The notes under the pieces were generated by a model. It was not told the origin of the DNA. It saw nothing but the letters and a program-made list of their open reading frames with translations, and made no database searches. From a virus (taxonomy: Duplodnaviria; Caudoviricetes), in the IMG/VR virus record IMGVR_UViG_3300033066_002341, positions 938 through 64,937 of that record: DNA of 64,000 nt. One strand, 5' to 3'. Shown here one piece after another: positions 27,191-36,452 of the stretch. A program made the translations under genes and the position numbers. Each line of letters begins with the position of its first letter. The first letter of the stretch is position 1.

Positions 27191-28743
27191 GATCGAGCGT
27201 CTCCTACGGTAAAATAAAGCAAGGTTTGTCCAAGCTCGTAAAATCCCCCCACCGAATCACTGGAAAAACGCAAGGTCATTTGGCGACGTTGTTCGCGAAG
27301 ATCAACTTTTTCGGTCTCACTATTAAAAGGATAAGCTCCTGAAGCTACCACTTCGGAATTGGCGAACTCTCTTCCCCTCACTTCAAAAGCCATATCTCCC
27401 CGAATCAGAAAATCAGGCTCAACCTTTTCAAGATCAATCCACCTGTCAGCCCCCGTCCATTGACCTTCGGGGCCTATAGCACACCAGGCCACGTCCCCCG
27501 TTTCAAAAAAAGAAGGAATGGATGTCAAAGCCCCTCCGACATTCTTGTCGATCCCGCTTTCGTGCATCCAGATACTGTAAGTCCCGTTATTATCAGGAAC
27601 ATTGTCGCCCCAAATGGGGTCTGAGAACACCTGCTCGAAATAACCAGCGCCACGACCTACGACGGGATCAAAGTTGTTATCGACTTCAAAAGCGGTGTCG
27701 TACCAGGTATTTTCACGCTTGTTGTAGATAATCGCCCTGTCGCATTCAACACTGGCGCCGCTCGGATAAGGCCACCAGATTTCCCCATACTGAGGGACTT
27801 TGGTCGCCCATACTTTTTGCCTTTGGGGATAATTCAATCCCGTTGTGCCATTGTTAAAAAAGAAATAATTCTGGTTCATGGTATTAGGGACTTCCTGAAC
27901 CACACCGTTGTAAAAAAGAAAACGATCCACGCCTGCCCAAAAGTAAAGTCCGTCATATTCCACGATGGAACGACTTGAAAGAATGGAGTTTTGATTGGAA
28001 ATCGTATCAAACCTGAACCCAGGCGCTCCGTTAGGATTAGGATGAAAGGTAACGCGAATCACACTATCCAGACTCCAAAACAAACCTGCGGGAGAAGAGT
28101 TGCCACCCCGCACAGGCATTCCTGCAACGATCTTTTGAGACGCTGCACGATTGTAATTGGGAGCCAGATATTCTGTCGGATCGCCGTCAGATGACCATTG
28201 AAACAACCCGTTGTTCCCAAAAATAAACAAATAGGGATGAAGAACGACAATTCCTCCTGATGTCTTGATAGGCGCTTCTTTCAGGGGATCAAGAGAGGCT
28301 GTTCTTCCATAATAAACAGGTGTTTCGATATCACTGCTGATGGAATAAAGATTAGGTGCCGCATGAGCAATAATCGTACTTCCTTCCTCGCGGTTACTAT
28401 ACATCACGTCGAATGTCCAAACGTGGTTAGGATCAGGCGTAAACCCGTCAGGAGTAATATCCACAAGATCACTGATCGCATTTCCAAACTGATCAATACG
28501 AATGACGCTAATCCCGTTCTGATCGGCAATATAAAGATTGAAATATAAGGTTTGAGGCACCAGAAACACACCGCGGGGGATGTTGGGGAGAGCACCCACA
28601 ATTTGCTTATAGCCTCCCATTTTACGGGGAACCCCTCTTTGAAACCGACACCATTGACCATCAATATAATGACGAGAAGCAAAACGTGTGCCGTCTCTTT
28701 TAATGCCTGGCAAGGTGGAGATAGGATAAAGCTTCCCTGCCAT
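27187..28743 (-). CDS. Tail tube / stabilisation protein (P22 gp10-like, beta-propeller type)
   Basis: 518 aa, beta-rich; PGIKRDGT, DGQWCRFQRGVPRKMGG; follows the adaptor gene. Confidence 0.65.
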   Translation of the reverse strand: MAGKLYPISTLPGIKRDGTRFASRHYIDGQWCRFQRGVPRKMGGYKQIVGALPNIPRGVFLVPQTLYFNLYIADQNGISVIRIDQFGNAISDLVDITPDGFTPDPNHVWTFDVMYSNREEGSTIIAHAAPNLYSISSDIETPVYYGRTASLDPLKEAPIKTSGGIVVLHPYLFIFGNNGLFQWSSDGDPTEYLAPNYNRAASQKIVAGMPVRGGNSSPAGLFWSLDSVIRVTFHPNPNGAPGFRFDTISNQNSILSSRSIVEYDGLYFWAGVDRFLFYNGVVQEVPNTMNQNYFFFNNGTTGLNYPQRQKVWATKVPQYGEIWWPYPSGASVECDRAIIYNKRENTWYDTAFEVDNNFDPVVGRGAGYFEQVFSDPIWGDNVPDNNGTYSIWMHESGIDKNVGGALTSIPSFFETGDVAWCAIGPEGQWTGADRWIDLEKVEPDFLIRGDMAFEVRGREFANSEVVASGAYPFNSETEKVDLREQRRQMTLRFSSDSVGGFYELGQTLLYFTVGDARS

Positions 28744-29414
28744 CAGTCAGCTCCATCATCGCTTGAACGATCTGCCTTGCGTAAGTCATCTTGCATGTTC
28801 AGGCTGGCAAGCCCTCGCGCGTAAGCATTTTCCCACACAGGGATGCGTTCATCGTTTTTCAAAAAGGGGACGGCTTCCAGCAAAATGGCATAGAACAAAA
28901 CGTCAGGGGCGTAATCGGTCAGCCAATTGGTCTGATTGCTGGCGCTGAGTTGTGCAGGCAATTGAAGGTAAGCGTATTCAAAAGGATAAGCCTGATCAGG
29001 GGTAGGCGCAATAATCAGATTGTAATACCCGTAATCAGAGTAATATTGAGGCACACCCGTTACCGTGGGGTCAGGCCAGAATAAACGAATATATTCATAA
29101 TTTCTGAAATAAAGCTGGTTGCGGATATTGTTATCTGCCCCCGTTCCAAAATTAAAGGTAATATTTCGGCGCCAACGACCAGGCTTGGGGATGACGGAAA
29201 CGCCAGGGGTAAAACTGCTTGAGACATAGGTTTCAAGGCCTATATTCTTGGACTCGCGACAAATGCGCTGTTCCGCTTGAGATAAAAAATTCAACTGCTG
29301 GTAGAAAGTCTCCGCGTCTGTTCTCTTCAGATAGGTCATAATCTGCCCTGGCGATACCACATTGGTCACAGGGTCAATAGAACCGATCAAAGAGTTGAAG
29401 GTCATGGACGACAT
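28743..29414 (-). CDS. Head-tail adaptor / tail tubular protein A-like
   Basis: IAPTPDQAYPFE...NQTNWLTDYAPDVLFYAILLEAVPFLKNDERIPVW. Confidence 0.7.
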   Translation of the reverse strand: MSSMTFNSLIGSIDPVTNVVSPGQIMTYLKRTDAETFYQQLNFLSQAEQRICRESKNIGLETYVSSSFTPGVSVIPKPGRWRRNITFNFGTGADNNIRNQLYFRNYEYIRLFWPDPTVTGVPQYYSDYGYYNLIIAPTPDQAYPFEYAYLQLPAQLSASNQTNWLTDYAPDVLFYAILLEAVPFLKNDERIPVWENAYARGLASLNMQDDLRKADRSSDDGAD

Positions 29415-29426
29415 CTCACGCCCCCC

Positions 29427-30026
29427 TTACGCATAGGCCGAGGCAAAGACAGCAAAGTAGGAATAGGTATCCGTTTGCGTTGCCCCTGTCACGTCAATGA
29501 TTTCAAAAGAGAATTGTCCTGCCTGCTGATCGGTCACTGTGAATTGGCGCACAACGCCGATCCCAGGCACGAAACTCACCGCGGAAATAATGCAATAATC
29601 AACAGAAGATAGAGGAGATTGAAACGTCACTGTATAAGTCGCTCCCTGCAAAGCAACACCGCCCACAGCAAAACTTGCTGATAAAGTCCCATTAGGTTGA
29701 ATATACCCCCAGGACTTGGCTGTTTGAGGGCTTGCCCGTGCAGGAGAAGCCCACGCATTGCCATTCCAAAACTCAATATCAATCAAGTCCGTATTAAACC
29801 CCAGGGAAGCCTCAAGAGGAGCCGCAGGGCGTGTTGCTGTCGTCCACACAGGAATAGACATGATATTATTAAACTGAACGGCATTTTGAGACATCTGTAG
29901 GGGACTATTATTCCCTAGTCCATCCTGAACGGGCTGAAGAGTCGATCCCAATCCCTGACCGCCATTAGTGGTAGTGAGAAGATCGCCATAACTGTTTTCG
30001 GGGAGAAAATTAGTTAAATTTGTCAT
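29427..30026 (-). CDS. Tail-associated protein
   Basis: WTTATRPAAP...LGFNTDL fibre motif and a C-terminal beta-sandwich (YTVTFQSPLSSVDY). Confidence 0.6.
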   Translation of the reverse strand: MTNLTNFLPENSYGDLLTTTNGGQGLGSTLQPVQDGLGNNSPLQMSQNAVQFNNIMSIPVWTTATRPAAPLEASLGFNTDLIDIEFWNGNAWASPARASPQTAKSWGYIQPNGTLSASFAVGGVALQGATYTVTFQSPLSSVDYCIISAVSFVPGIGVVRQFTVTDQQAGQFSFEIIDVTGATQTDTYSYFAVFASAYA

Positions 30027-30424
30027 CAGAAGGCTCCAAAATAAACAGTTTGCAGATTGATTTGCCGTTGAGCCTCAGAAGACGCAGGGACATCTGACTC
30101 GAACCCTCCCCATGAAGACCAAGGATTTGACTGGAATCGCCACGGTGCATCCCCTTGCTGCGCCCATGCTTGAGAAAAATACTGTTGAGGTCTTGGCTCT
30201 TTGACAGGAAGAGGATCAGGCTTCAGAATAGGCGGCTTTAACTGAGCATTAGGCTGATCGGCAAAAGGCTTACCTACGTAGAAACCTGTCCAGCACAAGC
30301 GGTCTCCCCGCCATTCCATTTGCCGCACAAGGTCTTTTCGATTAAAAATAAACCCTGAATAATCACAAACCCCTAAAGCTTCCGAATTATAAAAATCAAT
30401 GTTGACGTATTTGCCTGTCTTCAT
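30026..30424 (-). CDS. Conserved virion-operon protein
   Basis: CDYSGFIF...LVRQMEWRG...DQPNAQLKPP; start taken at Met5 of the listed ORF. Confidence 0.65.
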   Translation of the reverse strand: MKTGKYVNIDFYNSEALGVCDYSGFIFNRKDLVRQMEWRGDRLCWTGFYVGKPFADQPNAQLKPPILKPDPLPVKEPRPQQYFSQAWAQQGDAPWRFQSNPWSSWGGFESDVPASSEAQRQINLQTVYFGAF

Positions 30425-31512
30425 GGTGATATCCATCCCTGACGGGCGTCAGCATAAATACGAAGAGGAACTCTTTCCGTGTCTTCCTGGGCTGCCCTGT
30501 TAAAAGCTGTTTCATATTCTTCTTTTAAAAGAGCTAATTTTTGCGTCAGTAAAATCGCGCTGTAATAAGAACCTGAAGAATTTCCCATAGAGAGGTTTTT
30601 GATGGCGAGTTTCCAGGCAAGCCCTGACGTTAAAGCTTCAAAAAACCGTTGGGGGATTTCTGCGTTATCCAGCATGTCTCCCACATCCTGCAATTCCCGT
30701 ACCCGCGTGTAGAAAAGAGTTGTGTAAAGCACCGATGGTGTCGGCCACAGGTAAACCACAGGATTAATCTGGCGATCCACAAAGAAGCTGGTAGGGCGCC
30801 CTGATTGGTTCTTGTTGGGAATCGCCATATATTCTGAGCGGGAAATGCGCGTCACAGGAATATCATTGACCAGGGTATTAAAGTAAATCTCCTGGATATC
30901 AAGAGTCGCCCCTCCTGTTTCCCTTACGCGCCAATAAAGAGCCAGGGAAGGCGCAGGAATCACTGACCAGATAATTTGTCCTACAGGATAACTCTGCTGA
31001 GCAATGCTTAAAGCCTGCGTCCATGTGATGCCATCATTGGAAGACTCAATGACAAGGGTATAGGAAAGAAGCGCATTCGATTGGATGCCCACCATTTGAA
31101 TGGCGATTTGTGTTCCCCATTGATAGGAAATGTTCCCATTGGGCGCTGTTTGCGTACACGCTGTGACAGGATTGCCGTCAAAAGCATTTTGGGCGATTCC
31201 CGAACTGGCTGATGCCGTGCCACCCAATTGCCGTGTACTGGTACGAATGGACGCCTCTTTAATATCGCTTGTAGCCAAAGGCAACAGATAAGCGGACTGA
31301 TTAAGGATAAGCCCCAGCATTTCCTGTTTCACTGTCCACAGGTTTAGCCCCCGATTAATCCATTCCGACATCAATAAGTTGAGGGTACGTTGGGCGGTGG
31401 AAATTTGTTGAGCGGTCATGACATCAGGGAGGATGCCGATGCGCTCATAGGCATCAACGATCAACTGTTCGCTTGGAACCGAACCAAACTGATAAGTGCC
31501 TGATGTCGCCAC
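30421..31512 (-). CDS. Head completion / connector protein with inserted discoidin-like domain
   Basis: MATSGTY, LNLLMSEWINRGLNLWTV, YMAIPNKNQSGRP, YLWPTP, EIPQRFFEAL; insertion NAFDGNP...YWRVRE. Confidence 0.6.
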   Translation of the reverse strand: MATSGTYQFGSVPSEQLIVDAYERIGILPDVMTAQQISTAQRTLNLLMSEWINRGLNLWTVKQEMLGLILNQSAYLLPLATSDIKEASIRTSTRQLGGTASASSGIAQNAFDGNPVTACTQTAPNGNISYQWGTQIAIQMVGIQSNALLSYTLVIESSNDGITWTQALSIAQQSYPVGQIIWSVIPAPSLALYWRVRETGGATLDIQEIYFNTLVNDIPVTRISRSEYMAIPNKNQSGRPTSFFVDRQINPVVYLWPTPSVLYTTLFYTRVRELQDVGDMLDNAEIPQRFFEALTSGLAWKLAIKNLSMGNSSGSYYSAILLTQKLALLKEEYETAFNRAAQEDTERVPLRIYADARQGWISP

Positions 31513-31521
31513 GTCATCTCC

Positions 31522-31725
31522 TTACTTTGCCTTACCCCGCTTGGGGAGCTTTTTAAGGGTTTCTGCCAACATGGCGCGACGCCGCAGAGTAGGATTTCCT
31601 GAATGCTCGGCTTTCTCTATTTTTGCGTCAGGAATCTTTTTGCCTTCAGGGACATGAAGCGCTTTATGCAAGGCGCCAGGTTCTTTGATAGCCCCCTGAA
31701 TCCAGTTTTTCTTCGCTCGTCCCAT
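31522..31725 (-). CDS. Small basic phage protein
   Basis: KNWIQGAIKEPGALHKAL...RAMLAETLKK, a family frequent in phage head operons. Confidence 0.7.
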   Translation of the reverse strand: MGRAKKNWIQGAIKEPGALHKALHVPEGKKIPDAKIEKAEHSGNPTLRRRAMLAETLKKLPKRGKAK

Positions 31726-31734
31726 TTAAAGCTC

Positions 31735-32367
31735 CTATAAAATCCCTTGTTGTAAAAAGATGGCCGTTAAGGCACCTGTGGCGTTGGATGAGTTCACGGT
31801 GATACTGGAATAACGGGCAGGCATAAAATAGCCGTCCATTACGCTGGCCGTGGCATTCACCAAATCAGCAACAGGATTAAATTTGACGATATTCGCGTCT
31901 GGGACGCCTTCAATATCCATCAAGGTTGTGGCAAAGCTGTAATTGATGGTTGCGGTGATATTGACCTGAACAGTGAGACTTGGAACAACCGCATGGTAAT
32001 TATGAAAAAACCAGTGCGTGCGTCCTATTGTCCCTGTTCCTGCACTGACGGCTGCCGCGGCATTATTGGTCGTAATACTGGTTACTGCATCAAAAATAAC
32101 CGTTGTCTGAACCGTATTGTTATTTGGCCCCGCAATGGCTTCGGAAACGATTGCTCCATTGGCCGTCCCTGTCACGGTAAACTGGACGGCGCCCAGGTTA
32201 TTGGCAGAGGTCAAGCTAATAGCGCGGGCAAACGAGGGGAAGACGACAACGCCTGCCGAAGCAAACGTGCCATTGAGGACAAGGCTCCCTGCACCGCCCA
32301 AAGTTTGTGTTTGAGCAACGGCAGCAGCAGCAGGGACAGGCCAGGAATAAACCGCAGGATAAGACAT
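31735..32367 (-). CDS. Virion structural protein
   Basis: Ala/Thr/Gly-rich beta protein downstream of the capsid gene. Confidence 0.65.
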   Translation of the reverse strand: MSYPAVYSWPVPAAAAVAQTQTLGGAGSLVLNGTFASAGVVVFPSFARAISLTSANNLGAVQFTVTGTANGAIVSEAIAGPNNNTVQTTVIFDAVTSITTNNAAAAVSAGTGTIGRTHWFFHNYHAVVPSLTVQVNITATINYSFATTLMDIEGVPDANIVKFNPVADLVNATASVMDGYFMPARYSSITVNSSNATGALTAIFLQQGIL

Positions 32368-32380
32368 GCCCCTTTGCTCC

Positions 32381-32902
32381 TTACAAAGTTAAAATAGTGT
32401 AAACAACCGTAATCTTTGCCGAACCATCTCCTGTCGTGAAAGCTTGAGTTGCGTTTTGAATAGTGATGCCTTGATTCGCGTTAGCACCAGTTGGAAGGAC
32501 TGTTGCTATTCCAACCCCCGCAATAACACTGCTTGCGGCCTGTAAGGCTGTATTAGCTGCTGACAAAGCCGCTGATGCAGCCGTAGTACTTGTTGTATAA
32601 TTTAATGTTACAGCCCCTCCTGCTTGAAAAGCTGTTGTGTTAAAAATATTCTCATAAATAAAAGATGTTACAAGAATAAATTGTCCTACTCCTGGCGCAG
32701 GCAAGATAGCCACGGGAGCAGCAAACATTCCGAGAATCTGCGCCGTTGTCAAAGAAACTGTAATTCGTCCCGAAAACACAGGATTCCCTCCACTATATGA
32801 AGTAACCCCATCCGTACCAATCATCACAGCAGGACTGGTCGGATCAGTTTTTCCGACATTATCAGGATCAACAACCCAGAGAGGCGATGTAAAATGCGTC
32901 AT
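32381..32902 (-). CDS. Virion structural (decoration-like) protein
   Basis: LTTAQILGMFAAPVAILPAPG; immediately after the major capsid gene. Confidence 0.6.
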   Translation of the reverse strand: MTHFTSPLWVVDPDNVGKTDPTSPAVMIGTDGVTSYSGGNPVFSGRITVSLTTAQILGMFAAPVAILPAPGVGQFILVTSFIYENIFNTTAFQAGGAVTLNYTTSTTAASAALSAANTALQAASSVIAGVGIATVLPTGANANQGITIQNATQAFTTGDGSAKITVVYTILTL

Positions 32903-32904
32903 GG

Positions 32905-33807
32905 TTAAGCTCCCGAACTTGCATAGGCCGCGCGGAAATCGGACACTCCGAACGAATAGCGCTGCGTTGCCTTACACTTCACAGAATCTGTATCGAAGTC
33001 CGTATAGACATCCGTCTCCAAAGGCCAACGATCATATTTCTTAAAGCCATCAGGGCAATCAGTCATCAGCATCCACATGTTGGGAAGCGTAATGAATTGA
33101 TTGACCTTATAGCCTTGAGGAACGGCCGACATATTGTACACAGCCGAAATATCGTTATCACCTGTACCTGTGCGATAAACAGAGCCAAGCAAACGATTGG
33201 CGATAAATTGGTTTTCCGCAGGAACAAGCAATTTCTGAGGCTTCAACATGGTAATCAAGCCTGCCTGATCCCTGAATTTCTGAATGGCGATAATTGCCGA
33301 TTCAAGAGACGCTTCGTTCAAATCCGCCTGAACCGCAGGAGTATTGGCAACCACACCCGCATCAATGGGATGGTTGCGACTAAACAAAGGCTGACCGTCA
33401 CCAATAGGATAAGCGTTGTTAAAGCCGTTATTAATCACTGATGCTGCAAGCACCTCTTCGGTTTGCGCCATAGACGTACGCAATGCCTTAGCCTGCATGG
33501 GGAATCGTGTCTTATACAGGTTATCAGAAATGGCCTGCTTCGTAATGATGATGCCTAAGCCTAAAGTTTTATGCATATAGGTGGCTTTAATGCGCTCTCC
33601 GATGGAATCCATCGCCGTTGCAGCGCCTTCCGCCCGAATTTGAGCTAGCCCCAACATTTTAAGCTGGACTTCCTGCTCATATCCTTTGTCCGATTGGTAG
33701 ACCTCATAAATCTCTTTCCATTGGGCTGGGTAAGAATTATAACTCCCAAAAATCGCCGCTAAGCCAGGTCGTAGAAGGCTCGCGATAGCACTTGTATTGA
33801 CTGCCAT
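32905..33807 (-). CDS. Major capsid protein
   Basis: LRPGLAAIFG...YGDGQPLF-type segment (IGDGQPLFSRNHP), DLNEASLE, KPQKLLVP, RYSFGVSDFRAAYASSGA; strong RBS. Confidence 0.8.
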   Translation of the reverse strand: MAVNTSAIASLLRPGLAAIFGSYNSYPAQWKEIYEVYQSDKGYEQEVQLKMLGLAQIRAEGAATAMDSIGERIKATYMHKTLGLGIIITKQAISDNLYKTRFPMQAKALRTSMAQTEEVLAASVINNGFNNAYPIGDGQPLFSRNHPIDAGVVANTPAVQADLNEASLESAIIAIQKFRDQAGLITMLKPQKLLVPAENQFIANRLLGSVYRTGTGDNDISAVYNMSAVPQGYKVNQFITLPNMWMLMTDCPDGFKKYDRWPLETDVYTDFDTDSVKCKATQRYSFGVSDFRAAYASSGA

Positions 33808-33826
33808 TTAAAAAAACTCCTTAAAA

Positions 33827-34483
33827 TTAAACCCCTGCGGTACCTGTGCCGCCTTTGAGAATATGGTTGTTGAGAATCACAAGAACGTTGTTGTAAGCGC
33901 CTACGCCAATAACGGCAGGGCCTGCTGTCGCAAAAATATTCCCAGGGTAAGGCGTCAGCGCCATAGCTTTGAGACTCAAAGTGGCTGTATTGGCAATGGT
34001 GGCATAATCTAGGTAATAAGCGGATTGACCCGTTACAGTTGAACCTGCCGCAGGGTTTGTCGCACCACCACCGTTACCTGCAACAGCAAAACTAAAGTTA
34101 TTATTAATGTCTGCGGCCTGAATACCTGAAATCGTGTTGCCGTTATTGGAAACTTGGATATCAAACAAGACATTGGGATCATCGACCACAAGCGCTTTTG
34201 CACCTTGCGCCTGAAAAGTGGCTGTGTTCGCAGGCCAATAAGCGGACGTCACTAAAACACCGCTTGTATTGACGTAGGTACATCCCATGAAAACGCCCAG
34301 AACAGGGCTACCACCTGCGACAGTAATTGTGCCGTTAGCGTTTGTCATCACAGGATCACCTGTGTACAAGCTGCTCGCATAAGAATCAGCGATAGGATAT
34401 TCATTCATTTGGCCATTCCAGGGCGCGCCTGTAATCATACGTCGAGGCTGCAAGCCGAATGGCGCGTTTACACCATATGCCAT
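33827..34483 (-). CDS. Capsid-associated (decoration/cement-like) protein
   Basis: MAYGVNAPFGLQP...GDPV...LGVFMGCTY...VVDDPNVLFDIQ; directly upstream of the MCP with a near-identical RBS. Confidence 0.65.
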   Translation of the reverse strand: MAYGVNAPFGLQPRRMITGAPWNGQMNEYPIADSYASSLYTGDPVMTNANGTITVAGGSPVLGVFMGCTYVNTSGVLVTSAYWPANTATFQAQGAKALVVDDPNVLFDIQVSNNGNTISGIQAADINNNFSFAVAGNGGGATNPAAGSTVTGQSAYYLDYATIANTATLSLKAMALTPYPGNIFATAGPAVIGVGAYNNVLVILNNHILKGGTGTAGV

Positions 34484-34536
34484 TGAGAAAACTCCTTAAA
34501 AATTCAAAAAATGTTTTTGATATTTTTGTATGGAAT

Positions 34537-34645
34537 ATCGGAACCTGAAGCTGACGCTTGGCAGTTTTTAGAAGATCCCATGCCCGATCTGTGAGGGGTT
34601 ATCCTCGAAGCTTGCGCTTGGCAGTTGAACGTCCCATGCCCGACC
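34537..34645 (-). ncRNA. Tandem structured RNA motif in the capsid-operon leader
   Basis: Two copies with a 60-nt period of UCG-GGCA-UGGGA..AAC-UGCC-AAGC-GNNA-GCUU; stems conserved, loops vary. Confidence 0.5.
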
Positions 34646-34844
34646 TTATAAATAATACATAATTTTAAAACAAAAACTCAAGAAAAAAATAATGTAAATA
34701 TCTTTTATTTATTGTTTTATATAAAAATATTAAAATATAAATAAATAAATATACTTCAATTTTAATTTATAATTATACATCAATACTGTAAAATACAATG
34801 AATGAAATCTTGAACACTCTATCCTCTTTGACGAAGGGCCAGCG

Positions 34845-35021
34845 ATGATTACTCAAGACACGATTGACAGATTAAATGACATCAACAACTTACGTTTGTT
34901 TTTTAACACTACGACGACGACTATCGGAACGCTTCCTGCGGCCCTGAGTAATGCTCAAACTTATATGGATTTGGTCATCAAAGAGTTGTCCCTAGATGTC
35001 TTGAAACGAGACGGACAATAA
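34845..35021 (+). CDS. 58-aa protein leading the patatin cassette (not in ORF track)
   Basis: MITQDTIDRLNDINNLRLFF...KRDGQ; its TAA abuts the patatin ATG. Confidence 0.55.
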   Translation: MITQDTIDRLNDINNLRLFFNTTTTTIGTLPAALSNAQTYMDLVIKELSLDVLKRDGQ

Positions 35022-36452
35022 ATGGCTGATCCCAATACACTCAGAATATTGGAATTAGATGGAGGGGGAGAAAGGGGGTATTTTTCGCTTTCCTGGTTTC
35101 AAAACTTTGTAACGCAATGGGGAATAAACCCAGGAGCAGTTGCTCAAAACTTTGACGTCATTTGCGGTACGTCCGTAGGAGGCATTATGGCTTTATCTTT
35201 AGCCTATGGAATGACTCCGACAGAGATGTTTCCCTTTTTTACACAACAAGGGCCTTATATTTTTAGTTTGAGCTCTCTTTTCCCTTCTTGGCGCCCCAAT
35301 GCCGCGACTAAAGTCGGATTAATTCTTGCGGATATCCCTTTTTATCAATCTTCTGGCTCTACTGCGAATCTTTATGGCTCTGGATTATTAGCAGCTACTT
35401 TGCAGAATACCTTTGGCACGGATACCCTTCAAAACTTGCAAACCAATGTGGTTATTCCTTCTTATAACAATGACACCAATACTTTTGTGTTGTTTTCCAA
35501 TGCAAATATCGGCGGCTTTACAGGACAAAATTATCTTATTAGTGATGTGGGGTTAGCAACTGGTTCTGCGCCTGTGTATCTCCCTGCATGGAATATTGGA
35601 GGATATAATTATATTGATGGGGGAGTTTATCAAAACAATCCTGCACAATTTGGCGTTACTTTGGGGAAAATCCTAAAGCCAAACGCTAATCGAATTTGTG
35701 TATTATCTGTAGGAACTGGACTTGGAGAAATAGGATTTGATGACTCTGGGAGTCCTGGTATTCCTTTAGCCAATAATCCATTGGCTACTAGCTTTTTATC
35801 TTCCACGGTCGTTGTAACCCTTCCGACTACTTCTATTCTTAGCAATGGGCAAAATGTAACCATCAGTGGAGCTACCGATACGGGCGGGATTTCAGCGATT
35901 AATTTGAATATTACAGCATCCATCTCTATCATTAATGGCACTTCGTTTTCTTATACTGCGAATGGAACCGCAACCTCTTCTACCACGGGGGGAGGTTCAA
36001 ATGTTCTCTTGGATTATATAGAAGAATTTACGAGAAGCTCATTGGGTAAAAGACGTTCTTTTCACCCTACTGGAATTACACCTGAACAATTTAAACAAAC
36101 TCCTATCTATAAAGAGATACTAAGAAAAAATCCACATATTGAATCCAAAGTTCAATCTTTTAGCGGCACAGATAGTTTATCCTTTGATACCATCCAAGCT
36201 ATTTTTAGCTTGTTTGAGATCGCGTCCACAGGAGGACAAGAATCCGTCGCTCAAGCGTTGCTCATGGAATCTGTTAATACATTAGATCAGCTCTATTATT
36301 ATAGATTTAATACTGTATTAGACCCCAATCAAAACACTGAATTAGATAATACAGACTCATCAATACTTTCATATTACGACGAATTAGCACTTAATTTATT
36401 TAATAATGATATTGATAATATTTCCGTCTTTATAGGACATCTCACAGCATGA
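35022..36452 (+). CDS. Patatin-like phospholipase with inserted beta-rich domain
   Basis: LDGGGERG (oxyanion loop), GTSVG (GxSxG serine) and IDGG (catalytic Asp); Ser/Thr-rich insert VVVTLPTTSILSNGQNVTISGA...SFSYTA. Confidence 0.93.
   Translation: MADPNTLRILELDGGGERGYFSLSWFQNFVTQWGINPGAVAQNFDVICGTSVGGIMALSLAYGMTPTEMFPFFTQQGPYIFSLSSLFPSWRPNAATKVGLILADIPFYQSSGSTANLYGSGLLAATLQNTFGTDTLQNLQTNVVIPSYNNDTNTFVLFSNANIGGFTGQNYLISDVGLATGSAPVYLPAWNIGGYNYIDGGVYQNNPAQFGVTLGKILKPNANRICVLSVGTGLGEIGFDDSGSPGIPLANNPLATSFLSSTVVVTLPTTSILSNGQNVTISGATDTGGISAINLNITASISIINGTSFSYTANGTATSSTTGGGSNVLLDYIEEFTRSSLGKRRSFHPTGITPEQFKQTPIYKEILRKNPHIESKVQSFSGTDSLSFDTIQAIFSLFEIASTGGQESVAQALLMESVNTLDQLYYYRFNTVLDPNQNTELDNTDSSILSYYDELALNLFNNDIDNISVFIGHLTA

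Noticed and set aside
34537-34645. c-di-GMP-I riboswitch (GGGCA...GGGAC resemblance)
   Set aside because: Lacks the GAAA tetraloop/receptor arm and GCAAA elements; kept only as an unnamed motif.
35022-36452. Patatin as the CapV effector of a CBASS operon
   Set aside because: No CD-NTase, Cap2 or Cap3 gene is nearby; its neighbours are fibre genes.
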